Positions 1-7,939 of a stretch of 8,413 nt of DNA are shown piece after piece (position 1 is the first letter of the stretch; every line of letters starts with the position of its first letter). Both the position numbers and the translations under genes were made by a program. The notes below the pieces were generated by a model. It did not search any database. It was not told the DNA's origin and saw only the letters and a program-made list of their open reading frames with translations. The stretch lies in assembly GCA_000388065.2 (NCBI GenBank), contig KB932244.1; one strand, 5' to 3'. The DNA is from Fonticula alba ATCC 38817. Lineage: Eukaryota; Protista; Nucleariida.

Positions 1-1969
1 AGGGCTCGCACCTCCTCGTGACCCCGCAGCCGAAGGTGCCGGCCGGGCAGACGCCCGCGCACAGGCCCCGGTCAAGGTACGTCTGGCCAGGGCATGCGGT
101 GCACTGGTCGGCGGCCGCCCCGGCGCAGGCCAGGCAGGACCCATGGCAGGCCCGACATGTCCGGTCGGCCTCGGCGAAGTGCCCGGTCGAGCACGATAGC
201 AGGCATGAGCCATCCTGCAGGACCCGGTCCGCCGGGCAGGCCGTGCACTCGGTGGCCCCGGGCCCGGAGCAGGTGCCGCAGGTCGGGCTGCACGGCTGGC
301 AATCCTGGTCGCTCCGGAAGGTGCCTTCGGGGCAGGTGGCATGGCAGTGGCCGTCCACCAGGAGCGGGGAGTCCTCACCGCACGTCAGGCAGTGCTCCGG
401 CCCCGGGCCGTAGCAGCTCCCGCAGGACCCGTGGCAGGAGGCGCACAGGCCGCCCTGCGGCGAGGTCCCGGCCGGGCACTGGGCCACGCAGGCCGGGCCG
501 GCCAGCAGCCACCCGCGCTCGCACAGGGCGCAGGTGTCCGGCGACCCGGGACAGCTGGAGCAGTGGGCCGCGCACTGGCGGCAGCCGCAGGCCGAGGTGT
601 GGTACCCCACCGGACAGGCCCCGGCGCAGCGCGAGGGCCACTGCTCGGCCGGCAGAGGATACAGGTCCCCCGGGCAGCCGGTGCACTCGGTGCTCCGGAC
701 CCCGGCGCACTCGGAGCACGAGGCGTGGCAGGCCAGACACCGCCCGCCGATGGCCACATGCCCGGCGGCGCACGTCTGCACGCAGTCGTCGCCCTGCAGC
801 ACGGCCCCGGCGCACCGCCAGCAGTCCTTGTCCGTGGGGCCGTTGCACGTGGCACAAGCACCGTCACAAGGCAGGCAATCAGCACCCGCACGGTACTGGC
901 CCGCCGGGCAGCCGGACACGCAGGCCCCCACGCCGGGGGCCGCCTCGACAAGCTCCAGCCCCGCGCCGCAGCCGGTGCACTGGTCGGCCCCGCCGCCGGC
1001 GCACGCCCGGCAGCTGACGTCGCACGGCTGGCACGACTCGCCGTTGCTGAACATCCCGGCCGGGCAGTCGGCGATACACTGCCCGTTGGGGCCCAGCACG
1101 AGGTCGGCCTCGCACACCAGGCAGCCGTCCGCCCTGCAGGAGGCGCACCCAGGATCACAGGGGACGCATGTGCCGGTGGCGCCGGCCGCCGGCGGGCCCC
1201 CGGACCAGCGGAAGCCGGCCGCACACACCAGGCACCGGTCGGCCGCCTGGGCGCACAGGGCGCAAGACCCATCGCACGCGGCGCATCGGCCAGCGCCGAC
1301 ATACTCGCCCGGGGCGCAGGTGCTGCCGCACAGCGAGGGCGTCGAGCTTTCGGTCGCCAGGAACACCAGGTTGCTCCGGCAGGTGGTGCAGGCGCCGGCC
1401 TCGGTGCACCGGTCGCACGAGGCGTCGCACGGCCGGCAGCCGCCAGCCTCCAGATGGTGCCCCACCAGGCAGGCCGTGCAGACGCCGCCCGGGGAGCATG
1501 CCTGGCAGCCGTCCCGGCAGGCGACGCACAGGCCGCTGTCGGCGTCCGCCCAGAACCCGGTGGGGCACTCATCCGGGCAGCTGCCCCGGTGAAGGACGTG
1601 CCCCGGGGGGCAGGCAGTGCAGGCGAGCGGGTCGGCCGGCACCGAGCACTCGGCGCAGGCCAGCGCACAGGCTTGGCAGCCGGCCTCAGGCGCCGAGGTC
1701 AGCACCCAGCCCGGGTGGCAGGCCGTGCAATGGTACCCATCGGCCGGGCCCGGCGCCGGTGCCGTGCAGCTCAGGCAGCCCACCGGGCAGGGACACTGGC
1801 CGGACGCCGGGTCGGCTGCCATGTCCCCGGGGCAGGCGCTCAGGCACCGGGCTTCGGCGCCGGCCAGGTGCGCCTTGCAGCGGATGCACTCCAGCTCGGA
1901 CGGGCCGCTGCACGTGGCACACACCTCGGCACAGGCGAGGCAGCCAGGCCCGAAGGTCCCCTCGGGGCA
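1..1969 (-). repeat. Array of ~14 complete (plus 1 partial) furin-like / growth-factor-receptor Cys-rich repeats
   Basis: Recurring C-P-x-G-x-[FY]...C-x-x-C-[HD]-x-[ST]-C-x-x-C...C-x-x-C...C units of about 35-55 aa, e.g. CPAGMFSNGESCQPCDVSCRACAGGGADQCTGC and CPEGTFRSDQDCQPCSPTCGTCSGPGATECTAC. Confidence 0.9.
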
Positions 1970-3417
1970 GTCCTCCGGCCGGATGCTCAGGGTCAGGACC
2001 TGGCCGCCGGCCGGGCCCAGCAGCAGGCTGGCCGCCCCGTCGGCCGGGGCGTCCAGAAGCACGGCGGTCAGGTGCTCGGCCGCGGCCAGGGGCTCCGGCA
2101 GCGGGTGGAAGCGCGCCGGCCCGGGCCAGCAGAAGCCCCCGCCGGTGGCCTCGGACGGGCACCGGAGCAGCGACACCCCGACATGGGCCTCGGTCAGCAG
2201 GACCAGGGCAACCGGGTGCACGCCGGGCCCGGACAGCCGCACGGCCAGCGTCCGGGCACGCGCCCCGGGCGCCGCCGGCAGGACCCCGAGCACCTGGTCG
2301 TGGCTTGCCAGGCCGGAGGTGGACCCGCGCGGGCCGGCCCCCCGCGGGACGTGCCGGATGCGCCACGCCCCCGGCGACGAGCCCAAGTCCAGCCAGCTGA
2401 GCAGGAAGTCCTCGCGAGGGGCGGCGTCCGGGCCGGCGCCCGGCAGGAACACCGGCTCCAGGTGGCTGGCCCCGGCCGAGGGGTCGGGCAGGGGGGCGGC
2501 CAGGGCCCCGGGCAGGTCCCCGGCCGCGGCCCGGCTGTCACCGGCCAGGCCGAGGGCCAGCGGAAGCAGCACGGCCATCGGGCCGGCCGTGCGCCAGAGC
2601 CACGGCTCGCCGGGGCCCACCGGCGGGAAGAGGCTGGGATGCTCGGTGGCCCCGTGCAGCAGCGCCGAGCCCAGGCGCTCATCGTCCCCCAGGAAGTACA
2701 GGCTCACCAGTGGCCCGGGCCCGGCCGTGCGGACCGACACCAGAGGCGGCTCCTCCCGGAGCAGGCGCATGGACTCGCACGAGGAAAGCTGAGTCGCCGT
2801 CGAGGGGATGATCAGGCAGCCGCTGGTGTTGGCGCTGCCACATGTATAATCCACCGACCGGAGGAGCCCGTCGCCGCAGAAGAACCCCACATAGCCAACC
2901 TGCGACTGGCCGCGGACCGGCCCGATCTCGGCATACGAGTCCACCCGCCCCTGGAGGAAGCTCCCGAAGGCGATGTCCGTGTCGACCAGCAGCCGGTCGG
3001 CCGTGGAGCCGCTGGCCGCCGCCATGGCCGGCTGGTCGGGCTGCAGGACCGTGGCCACGGCGCTCGACCATGCCCCGGGGGCCAGGAAGCCCAGCAGCGA
3101 CGTGGGCTCCGGGGTCAGGGCCAAAAACAGCAGCCCCTGCTTGACGGACAGCCGCGAGCGTGCGAAGAACCGGAAGACCAGCTGCCGCTGGGAGGCCAGC
3201 CGCCAGGTGTGCGTGGCCAGCAGGGCCACCCCGCCGGCGGTGCTGTCGCGCGGCCAGCAGCGCGACTGGTCGGCCGTGAAGCCGGGCCCGCACTCGGTCA
3301 CGCAGGACGTGGCCCCGGAGCGCGGGTCCACCTGCAAAAGCCGCGGCGCCTGGCACGCGGCACACTGGCCGCCGTAGCATGTCAGGCAGCCCGCCTGCTG
3401 GCAGCGGCGGCAGTCGG
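1..3417 (-). CDS. Exon 2 (3'-truncated by the window edge) of a large secreted or cell-surface cysteine-rich protein with furin-like repeats; probable receptor ectodomain
   Basis: Manual translation with codons starting at 3415, 3412, ... 4 gives DCRRCQQAGCLTCYGGQCAACQAPRLLQVD...CVTECGPGF, a ~430-aa Cys-poor segment, then CPEGTFGPGCLACAEVCATCSGP...CRACHGSCLACAGAAADQCTACPGQTYLDRGLCAGVCPAGTFGCGVTRRCEP. I checked the plus-strand tca/cta/tta triplets and none is an in-frame stop. The ORF track omits this frame, presumably because it has no stop in the window. Codons strongly favour G/C at position 3. Confidence 0.93.
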
Positions 3418-3653
3418 CTGGATGTTTGGTGGAGGGGGGGGGGGGGGGGCAGGGGAACCGCGAGGAGGTCAGACAGCCAGGCCGCAGGGCCGAGAGGGGG
3501 GGGGGGGAGGGGGCGCGGGCGCAGGCAAGAACGACCCCGGTGGCCGCGCTGCCGGCGGCGGGGGCCCCCACACGGGCGGACACCCGCCAGCAGGCACCAC
3601 CGCCGCCCGGGCAATGACCATGAAGGGGTGGCAGGGAGCGGGGACACACGCAC
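3418..3653 (-). other. Spliceosomal GT-AG intron, 236 nt, phase 1
   Basis: Minus strand shows donor C|GTGCGT at 3653, branch-point-like CTGAC at 3472-3468, a poly-C tract and acceptor CATCCAG| at 3418. Splicing joins C(3654) to CC(3417-3416) to make Pro and links the exon 1 frame, which stops at 3471-3469 inside the intron, to the exon 2 frame. Confidence 0.85.
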
Positions 3654-5004
3654 GCGGGCCGCCAGGCTGGGCGATGGCCTCGAAGCCGGCCGCACAGCCG
3701 CCGCACATGTACCCGTCAAGCGCGAAGGGCGTCAGGGCCCGGCCGTCGGCACAGGCGAACCCGGTGTCCGGGGGGGCCAGGCCGTGCTGGCAGACGATGG
3801 TCTCGTCGGTGGAGCAGCCGAATTCGCCCGCCAGCGAGTACACATGCCGGCTGCTGGCCACCTGCCAGGGGGTCGGCTGGCCGGCCGGCCGGCTGAGGCG
3901 AATCAGATGCAGCTCATCCAGGAAGCCGGCCGTGGGCAAGGTGGCCCCCGGGAAGCGGAGCTCCGTCTCGGTGATCCCCTGCGCGCTGTATGTCACGCGC
4001 CACACCTGGCGCGCGTGGCGGTCGAGGAGCAGCAGCCAGACACTGGGGCTGGGCCCCTGGTGGATCTCGGGCGCCACGAGGCGCCGGTCGGTCGCCGGGC
4101 CGGCCGCCGGCGTGAAGGCATGCACGCGGGTGAGAAGGCGATTGATGTCCACCTGGAGGAAGTACAGCTCCTGGCCGGCCAGCGCCACCACGATGTCCTG
4201 CCCGGTGGCAGGATTGGGACACAGGGCCACGATGTCGGTGACCGGCGCATCGACCGCGTGGCTCGTGCTTTTGACCGCGCCGCTGAGCTTGAACAGCACA
4301 AGGACATCCATGCCGGTGAAGGTGTAAATGTTGTTGCGCGAGCCGACCACCGCCCGGACGCCGGGTTGGACCCCCTGCACATCCGGCGGGCCGTCCATAG
4401 AGACAAGGTATCCGAGTGAGGCCGTGTAGAGGATGAAGGCCTGGCTGTGCCGGTCTAGGACCAACAGGTCGACGGTAAACTGCGATTGCTGGTAGGCCGC
4501 CAAGATGTCGTGCGGGAGCGGCACATCGCCCAGCAGCTTGTCGCCGTTCAGGTAGATGGCCACTTTGTTGTCGGTATGCTGGATGTAGCCCAGCCCCGCG
4601 GTGGTGGGGAAGGCCAGCGCGCGGTGGCTGCCGGCCGATGCGCCGTTGCGCTCGGGGCCGATGGTGAGCGCGGGCTCCGGCGCCAGGGCCCCCCCGAAGC
4701 GGGTGTCCGACAGCACGTCCAGGCGCAGGCTCTTCTGGTTGTAGAGGCTGGCCTGGAGGTTGGCAGACGCGGCCCACCGGATGGAGGGGCCACCGCCCGA
4801 GGGGGACATGTCGCCACCGAATGCCAGGATCGCCGGCCCGACGGCCAGCGGGGACCGGTAGAGCTCCTCGGCCGGGGCCGCCCTCGGCAGCCGGAGAAGG
4901 ATCACCAGCATCATCATCATCAACATCATCATTGGGGTCGGCAGCGACGGCGTGCGCGGCCGGCCGCCGCCGCCGCCGCCGCCGCCGCCGCCTCTGTCGG
5001 CCAT
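3654..5004 (-). CDS. Exon 1 of the cysteine-rich surface protein: signal peptide, ~350-aa beta-rich (propeller-like) domain and the start of the first Cys module
   Basis: Part of ORF 3469..5652(-). MADRG10RPRTPSLPTP-MMMLMMMMLVILLRLPRAAPA|EELY reads as a signal peptide, followed by many short hydrophobic strands (VAIYLNG, TVDLLVLD, IVVALAG, LYFLQVD, VWLLLLD, VWRVTY) and then GCSTDETIVC...CADG...CGGCAAGF. Start could be ATG 5004 or ATG 4932. The 5005-5652 extension is Pro/Arg-rich low-complexity sequence and unlikely to be coding. Confidence 0.85.
4909..4932 (-). repeat. (ATG)n microsatellite encoding MMMLMMMM at the start of the hydrophobic signal peptide
   Basis: Plus strand cat repeats give in-frame ATG at 4932, 4929, 4926, 4920, 4917, 4914 and 4911. 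Confidence 0.9.
4963..4992 (-). repeat. (GGC)10 microsatellite; poly-Gly if ATG 5004 is the start
   Basis: Ten perfect gcc units on the plus strand, in frame with exon 1. Confidence 0.9.
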
Positions 5005-5106
5005 GCTCACTTGCTCTCCGGTGCCGGAGGGGACCAGGCGGCAGAAGGAGGCAGGGCCGGGAGGGCGAGTCGGTCGGGGCGGAGGCCGAAAATGAGTGCG
5101 GCAATC

Positions 5107-5192
5107 GGGCGGGGCGCGGGGGGGCGGGGGGGGGGGCGGGGGGGGGGGGCGAGCAGTTTGCAGAGGGGGATGGGCGGGGGGTGGGGGGGGGG
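5107..5192 (+). other. Long G tracts with G-quadruplex potential just upstream of the surface-protein start codon (C-rich on the sense strand)
   Basis: Multiple G runs, several much longer than 4 nt, separated by 1-3 nt at 5107-5149 and 5165-5192. Confidence 0.6.
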
Positions 5193-5256
5193 CTGCACTT
5201 GCCCGGCGGCAGGCGCGCGGGCCTCCCTTTTCCCGCCCCCTACGGGAGGTGATTAT

Positions 5257-5573
5257 CAGCTGGTGCTCCCAACAAGCCCGGCGAGAGGGGCCTGCGTGAC
5301 CGCCGCGAACGGCCGAGAGGGCCGGGCGTCGCAAGAGCCCGCCGGGCGGGGGCGCATTCCCTCCGGCGTGCCTGCCCCGGGCACGAGCCGCGGCCAGGGT
5401 GATCGACACAGGGAGAGCGGCCCCGGCGCCGGCCACGATCTCCGCGGAGAACCCGGCCGCCTGGCGAGGCGGATGCCGAGAGGCCCACCCGTGGGCGGCA
5501 ATCCGGGGGGCTCCGGGTGTGGCCGCCCCGGGCCATACACCCCTCCACCAAGTCCCTGCTTGTTGGGAGGCTG
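5257..5573 (+). ncRNA. Candidate structured non-coding RNA, family unassigned
   Basis: Perfect 12-bp closing stem CTCCCAACAAGC (5266-5277) / GCTTGTTGGGAG (5558-5569), extendable by CAGC/GCTG. Nested helices cover most of the interior, and several hairpins carry GNRA loops on the plus strand (GAGA 5315 and 5478, GCAA 5331). Folded by hand only; high GC inflates chance pairing. Confidence 0.35.
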
Positions 5574-5608
5574 TCCGGTCCCGGCCCCCGGGCGATGGGC
5601 TCGCGGAG

Positions 5609-5652
5609 TAGACAATGAACAGTTTGTTATTTATTGGGCATTTCTTTGACAT
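5609..5652. promoter_or_regulatory. AT-rich island with AATAAATAA on the minus strand; possible core promoter or 3'-end signal
   Basis: tagacaatgaacagtttgttatttattgggcatttctttgacat stands out from the GC-rich flanks. tttatt at 5630-5635 reads AATAAA on the minus strand. Confidence 0.35.
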
Positions 5653-6046
5653 TCCCCAGCCCGCCCGGGGGGCTTAGGGGTACTTGGACCGGCCGGGAGA
5701 GGGTCCAGAGCCCCAACTCCCAACGAGACCCTTCCCCTCCCGGGGCGCTCGGGCCCCGGGCGCGGCGGTGACACCACTTCCCCCTGGGCCTGCTGCCTCG
5801 GCCCCGCGTCGGGCCAACTCTCGGCCGGTCCGCCCGTGCGCCAGACCCGCAAGGCGCGGGCCCTGCCCCGGGCGTCCTCCCCCGTCCGGCTGTTTTGGAC
5901 ACGCTGCGTCGTCTCGCGTTGCTTGTCGGGCTTTTGGTGCGGCGGCGGGGTGGCTGCCCCGCCGCCGCCCGCGCGAGGGGCCACCGCGCTGGTCGCCGGC
6001 CCGGTGGTACAAAAGGCCACCTGGAGGCCGAAGTGCCAGCGCCACG

Positions 6047-6117
6047 GCGTCGATGGTTTAGTGGTAGAATTGCCGCCTGCCACGCGGTAGACCCGGGTTC
6101 GATTCCCGGTCGACGCA
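6047..6117 (+). tRNA. tRNA-Gly-GCC: tRNA-Gly (anticodon GCC), intronless, no encoded CCA
   Basis: Complete cloverleaf: acceptor GCGTCGA/TCGACGC plus discriminator A; D arm GTTT-AGTGGTA-GAAT; anticodon arm GCCGC-CTGCCAC-GCGGT with GCC at 6079-6081; T arm CCGGG-TTCGATT-CCCGG. Pol III A and B boxes are intact and it closely resembles the canonical 71-nt eukaryotic tRNA-Gly(GCC). Confidence 0.98.
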
Positions 6118-6128
6118 GCGCTCTTCCC

Positions 6129-6133
6129 TTTTT
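6129..6133 (+). terminator. RNA polymerase III oligo-dT terminator (T5) of the tRNA gene
   Basis: TTTTT begins 12 nt after the discriminator base. Confidence 0.8.
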
Positions 6134-6195
6134 GTGCATGGCCCCTGCGACGCGGCTGCCTCCTTCGGCGGGGATCGGCGCGCGGGCCGCTTCCC

Positions 6196-6203
6196 TTTTT
6201 TTT
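6196..6203 (+). terminator. Second (back-up) Pol III terminator, T8
   Basis: T8 starts 67 nt after the first terminator and shares its CTTCCC...ATGGCCC context. Confidence 0.5.
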
Positions 6204-7214
6204 ATGGCCCAGAGGGTGTCTTCGGCCGCCGGGGCGCGATCCTCTCGCCCAAGCAGGCACGCCGGCTGGCCGGACCGCTCCAGGGCACTTCGCTCGACCG
6301 GCCGGCCCGGTGCTCCTCGGATGGCCGCGCGCCGGGCGCTCGGCGTGCGCCCGCTGCCCCCTCCCCGCACATGGGGGTCCCGCCTGATATCGGGGGCGCC
6401 GATGTGCGACTCCGCCCCGGGCCCCGCCGGGACCCGGAGCGGGGGAAGCTCCCGAGCCCGGGGCGGTGGGGAGTGCCCCCGGCGCCGGAGGCTGCTCGAG
6501 CCAGCTTGGGCGCGTGCGACCGCCCGATCATGGCACGCGTGTGGGCTCCCACCTCCGCCAACTGGTCGCGGCTGCCACCGGGGGGGCGGACCGCGCGTTG
6601 GGACTTTGGCTGGCCGGCAGCCGGGCGCGCGCCTCGGAGGGGGCGGGCTGGCACCACGCCGCGCGCGGCCACTTCTCCCCTCCCCCTCCACCATCCCCAG
6701 CGCAGGCGTCCGGCCCCTGGCCCGGGCGCCGGTTGGTGGGGTGGGGACATGCGGATCTCCCGGCCGAGGTGCCGCAGCCGGCCCCACACCTCGACACGCA
6801 AGGACATATACCGCGCGCGCCCAGCCGCGTAAGGCGGGGCGGAGGCGCCCCGCAGGGCACAGCCTGCCACGGTGTCCTCCGGCGCGTCTTCCCGCAGGAC
6901 CCCGCTCTTCCGGCGGTTGAGGGGCCGTTCTGCCCCCCGGGCCTGGGGGCCGGGCAGCCCCGGCAGGCTGCCTGTCCCGATGGCGAGCACCGCGCCGGCT
7001 GCCAGGGGGGCTGGCTTGCGTCCGCCCGCGCTCTTTTTTCCTTCGGCCAATGGCTGCCCATTCGCTCGGATCCTTCCCTCCTTTCTTCCCCTCGCCCACG
7101 GGCAGGGCGCGGCGCTGGACGCACCGAGGGCACATCCCTTTGGCCCGTCCGCAGGGCCGAGGTCGCGCGCCTCCCGCGGATCAGCGCCGAGCATCTTGCC
7201 TGTGTTTCGTCTTC

Positions 7215-7229
7215 TTTTTTTTTTTTTTT
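7215..7229. repeat. Poly(dT:dA) tract, T15
   Basis: 15 consecutive T in GC-rich intergenic DNA. Confidence 0.9.
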
Positions 7230-7474
7230 GCCGAAGCGCGTGGCGACCCCCCTCCCCGCCGCCCTTCAAGCACACCCCACGTCCGGCGGCACACGCAAAC
7301 AGACGGCCAGCATGTGCCCCGGCCCCTTGGAGGCCCGTGCCCGGATGCGCGCCCCGGTGGCGGCGATCCCTTTCGCGCGGCCCGGCGAGCCTCACCGAGC
7401 CCCCTCCCCGGCCACCCGCCAGACGACCGGCCATGGTGCCCGTCAAAGCGACCCACCAGTCCTTCCTACGCTCC

Positions 7475-7897
7475 GACACGGGTGCCGCTCCAGGCGGACG
7501 GGACACCCGTTCAGCACACCCCCGCCCCCACAACCATATCATCCAAGGCAGCCCGGGGGTCATGCGGACACCCTCGGGTCAGCCAGGCGGGCCGCGGGCT
7601 CCCGCGCCCGGGGGGGGCGCCCTTCCGTCGGTCTTGAAGTCTATCAGGGGGGGGCGGGTGCCTTCCCGCATCCTCACACGACGCTCTTCCGATCTGACAC
7701 GGGTGCCGCTCCAGGCGGACGGGACACCCGTTCAGCACACCCCCGCCCCCACAACCATATCATCCAAGGCAGCCCGGGGGTCATGCGGACACCCTCGGGT
7801 CAGCCAGGCGGGCCGCGGGCTCCCGCGCCCGGGGGGGGCGCCCTTCCGTCGGTCTTGAAGTCTATCAGGGGGGGGCGGGTGCCTTCCCGCATCCTCA
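7475..7897. repeat. 202-bp perfect direct duplication (7475-7676 and 7696-7897); assembly artefact
   Basis: The two copies appear identical and are separated only by Illumina adapter sequence. Confidence 0.92.
7676..7695 (+). other. Illumina adapter / Read 1 primer contamination
   Basis: Exact ACACGACGCTCTTCCGATCT, the 3' 20 nt of the standard Illumina Read 1 primer ACACTCTTTCCCTACACGACGCTCTTCCGATCT. Confidence 0.97.
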
Positions 7898-7939
7898 TTT
7901 TCAGAATGCACCGTTCTACAAATGAAGATACAGCACAGA

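Noticed and set aside
341-4327. 1328-aa plus-strand ORF and other long ORFs over the Cys-rich gene (94..1017, 385..1668, 534..1592, 1168..2400, 1617..2792, 3379..4419, 3914..5104, 4486..5649)
   Set aside because: Shadow ORFs. 341..4327 is the in-register antisense of exon 2, where stops need the rare sense codons TTA, CTA or TCA. The translations are Ala/Arg/Gly/Pro-rich with no recognisable domains.
5266-5569. 12-bp inverted repeat as MITE terminal inverted repeats
   Set aside because: No target-site duplication (flanks TGGTG and GCTGT) and no recognisable superfamily terminus. Not excluded without a genome-wide copy search.
5005-5652. N-terminal extension MSKKCPINNKLF... of ORF 3469..5652
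   Set aside because: Low-complexity, crosses homopolymer tracts, and would bury the signal peptide more than 200 aa into the protein.
5335-5680. RNase P/MRP-like words (AAGTCCC, AGAACCCGGC, GGGGCTTA), a group II domain V-like hairpin at 5468-5492, and TTAGGG at 5674-5679
   Set aside because: Motifs are in the wrong order or lack partners, the hairpin has no AGC/CGC triad and a short upper stem, and a single telomeric hexamer is neither a template nor an array.
6136-6149. 14-nt match GCATGGCCCCTGCG to U6 snRNA, plus shorter U6-like words near 6794-6811 and 7291-7299
   Set aside because: No ACAGAGA box upstream, no continuation, and no GT-AG boundaries that could assemble an intron-split U6. 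Most likely chance.
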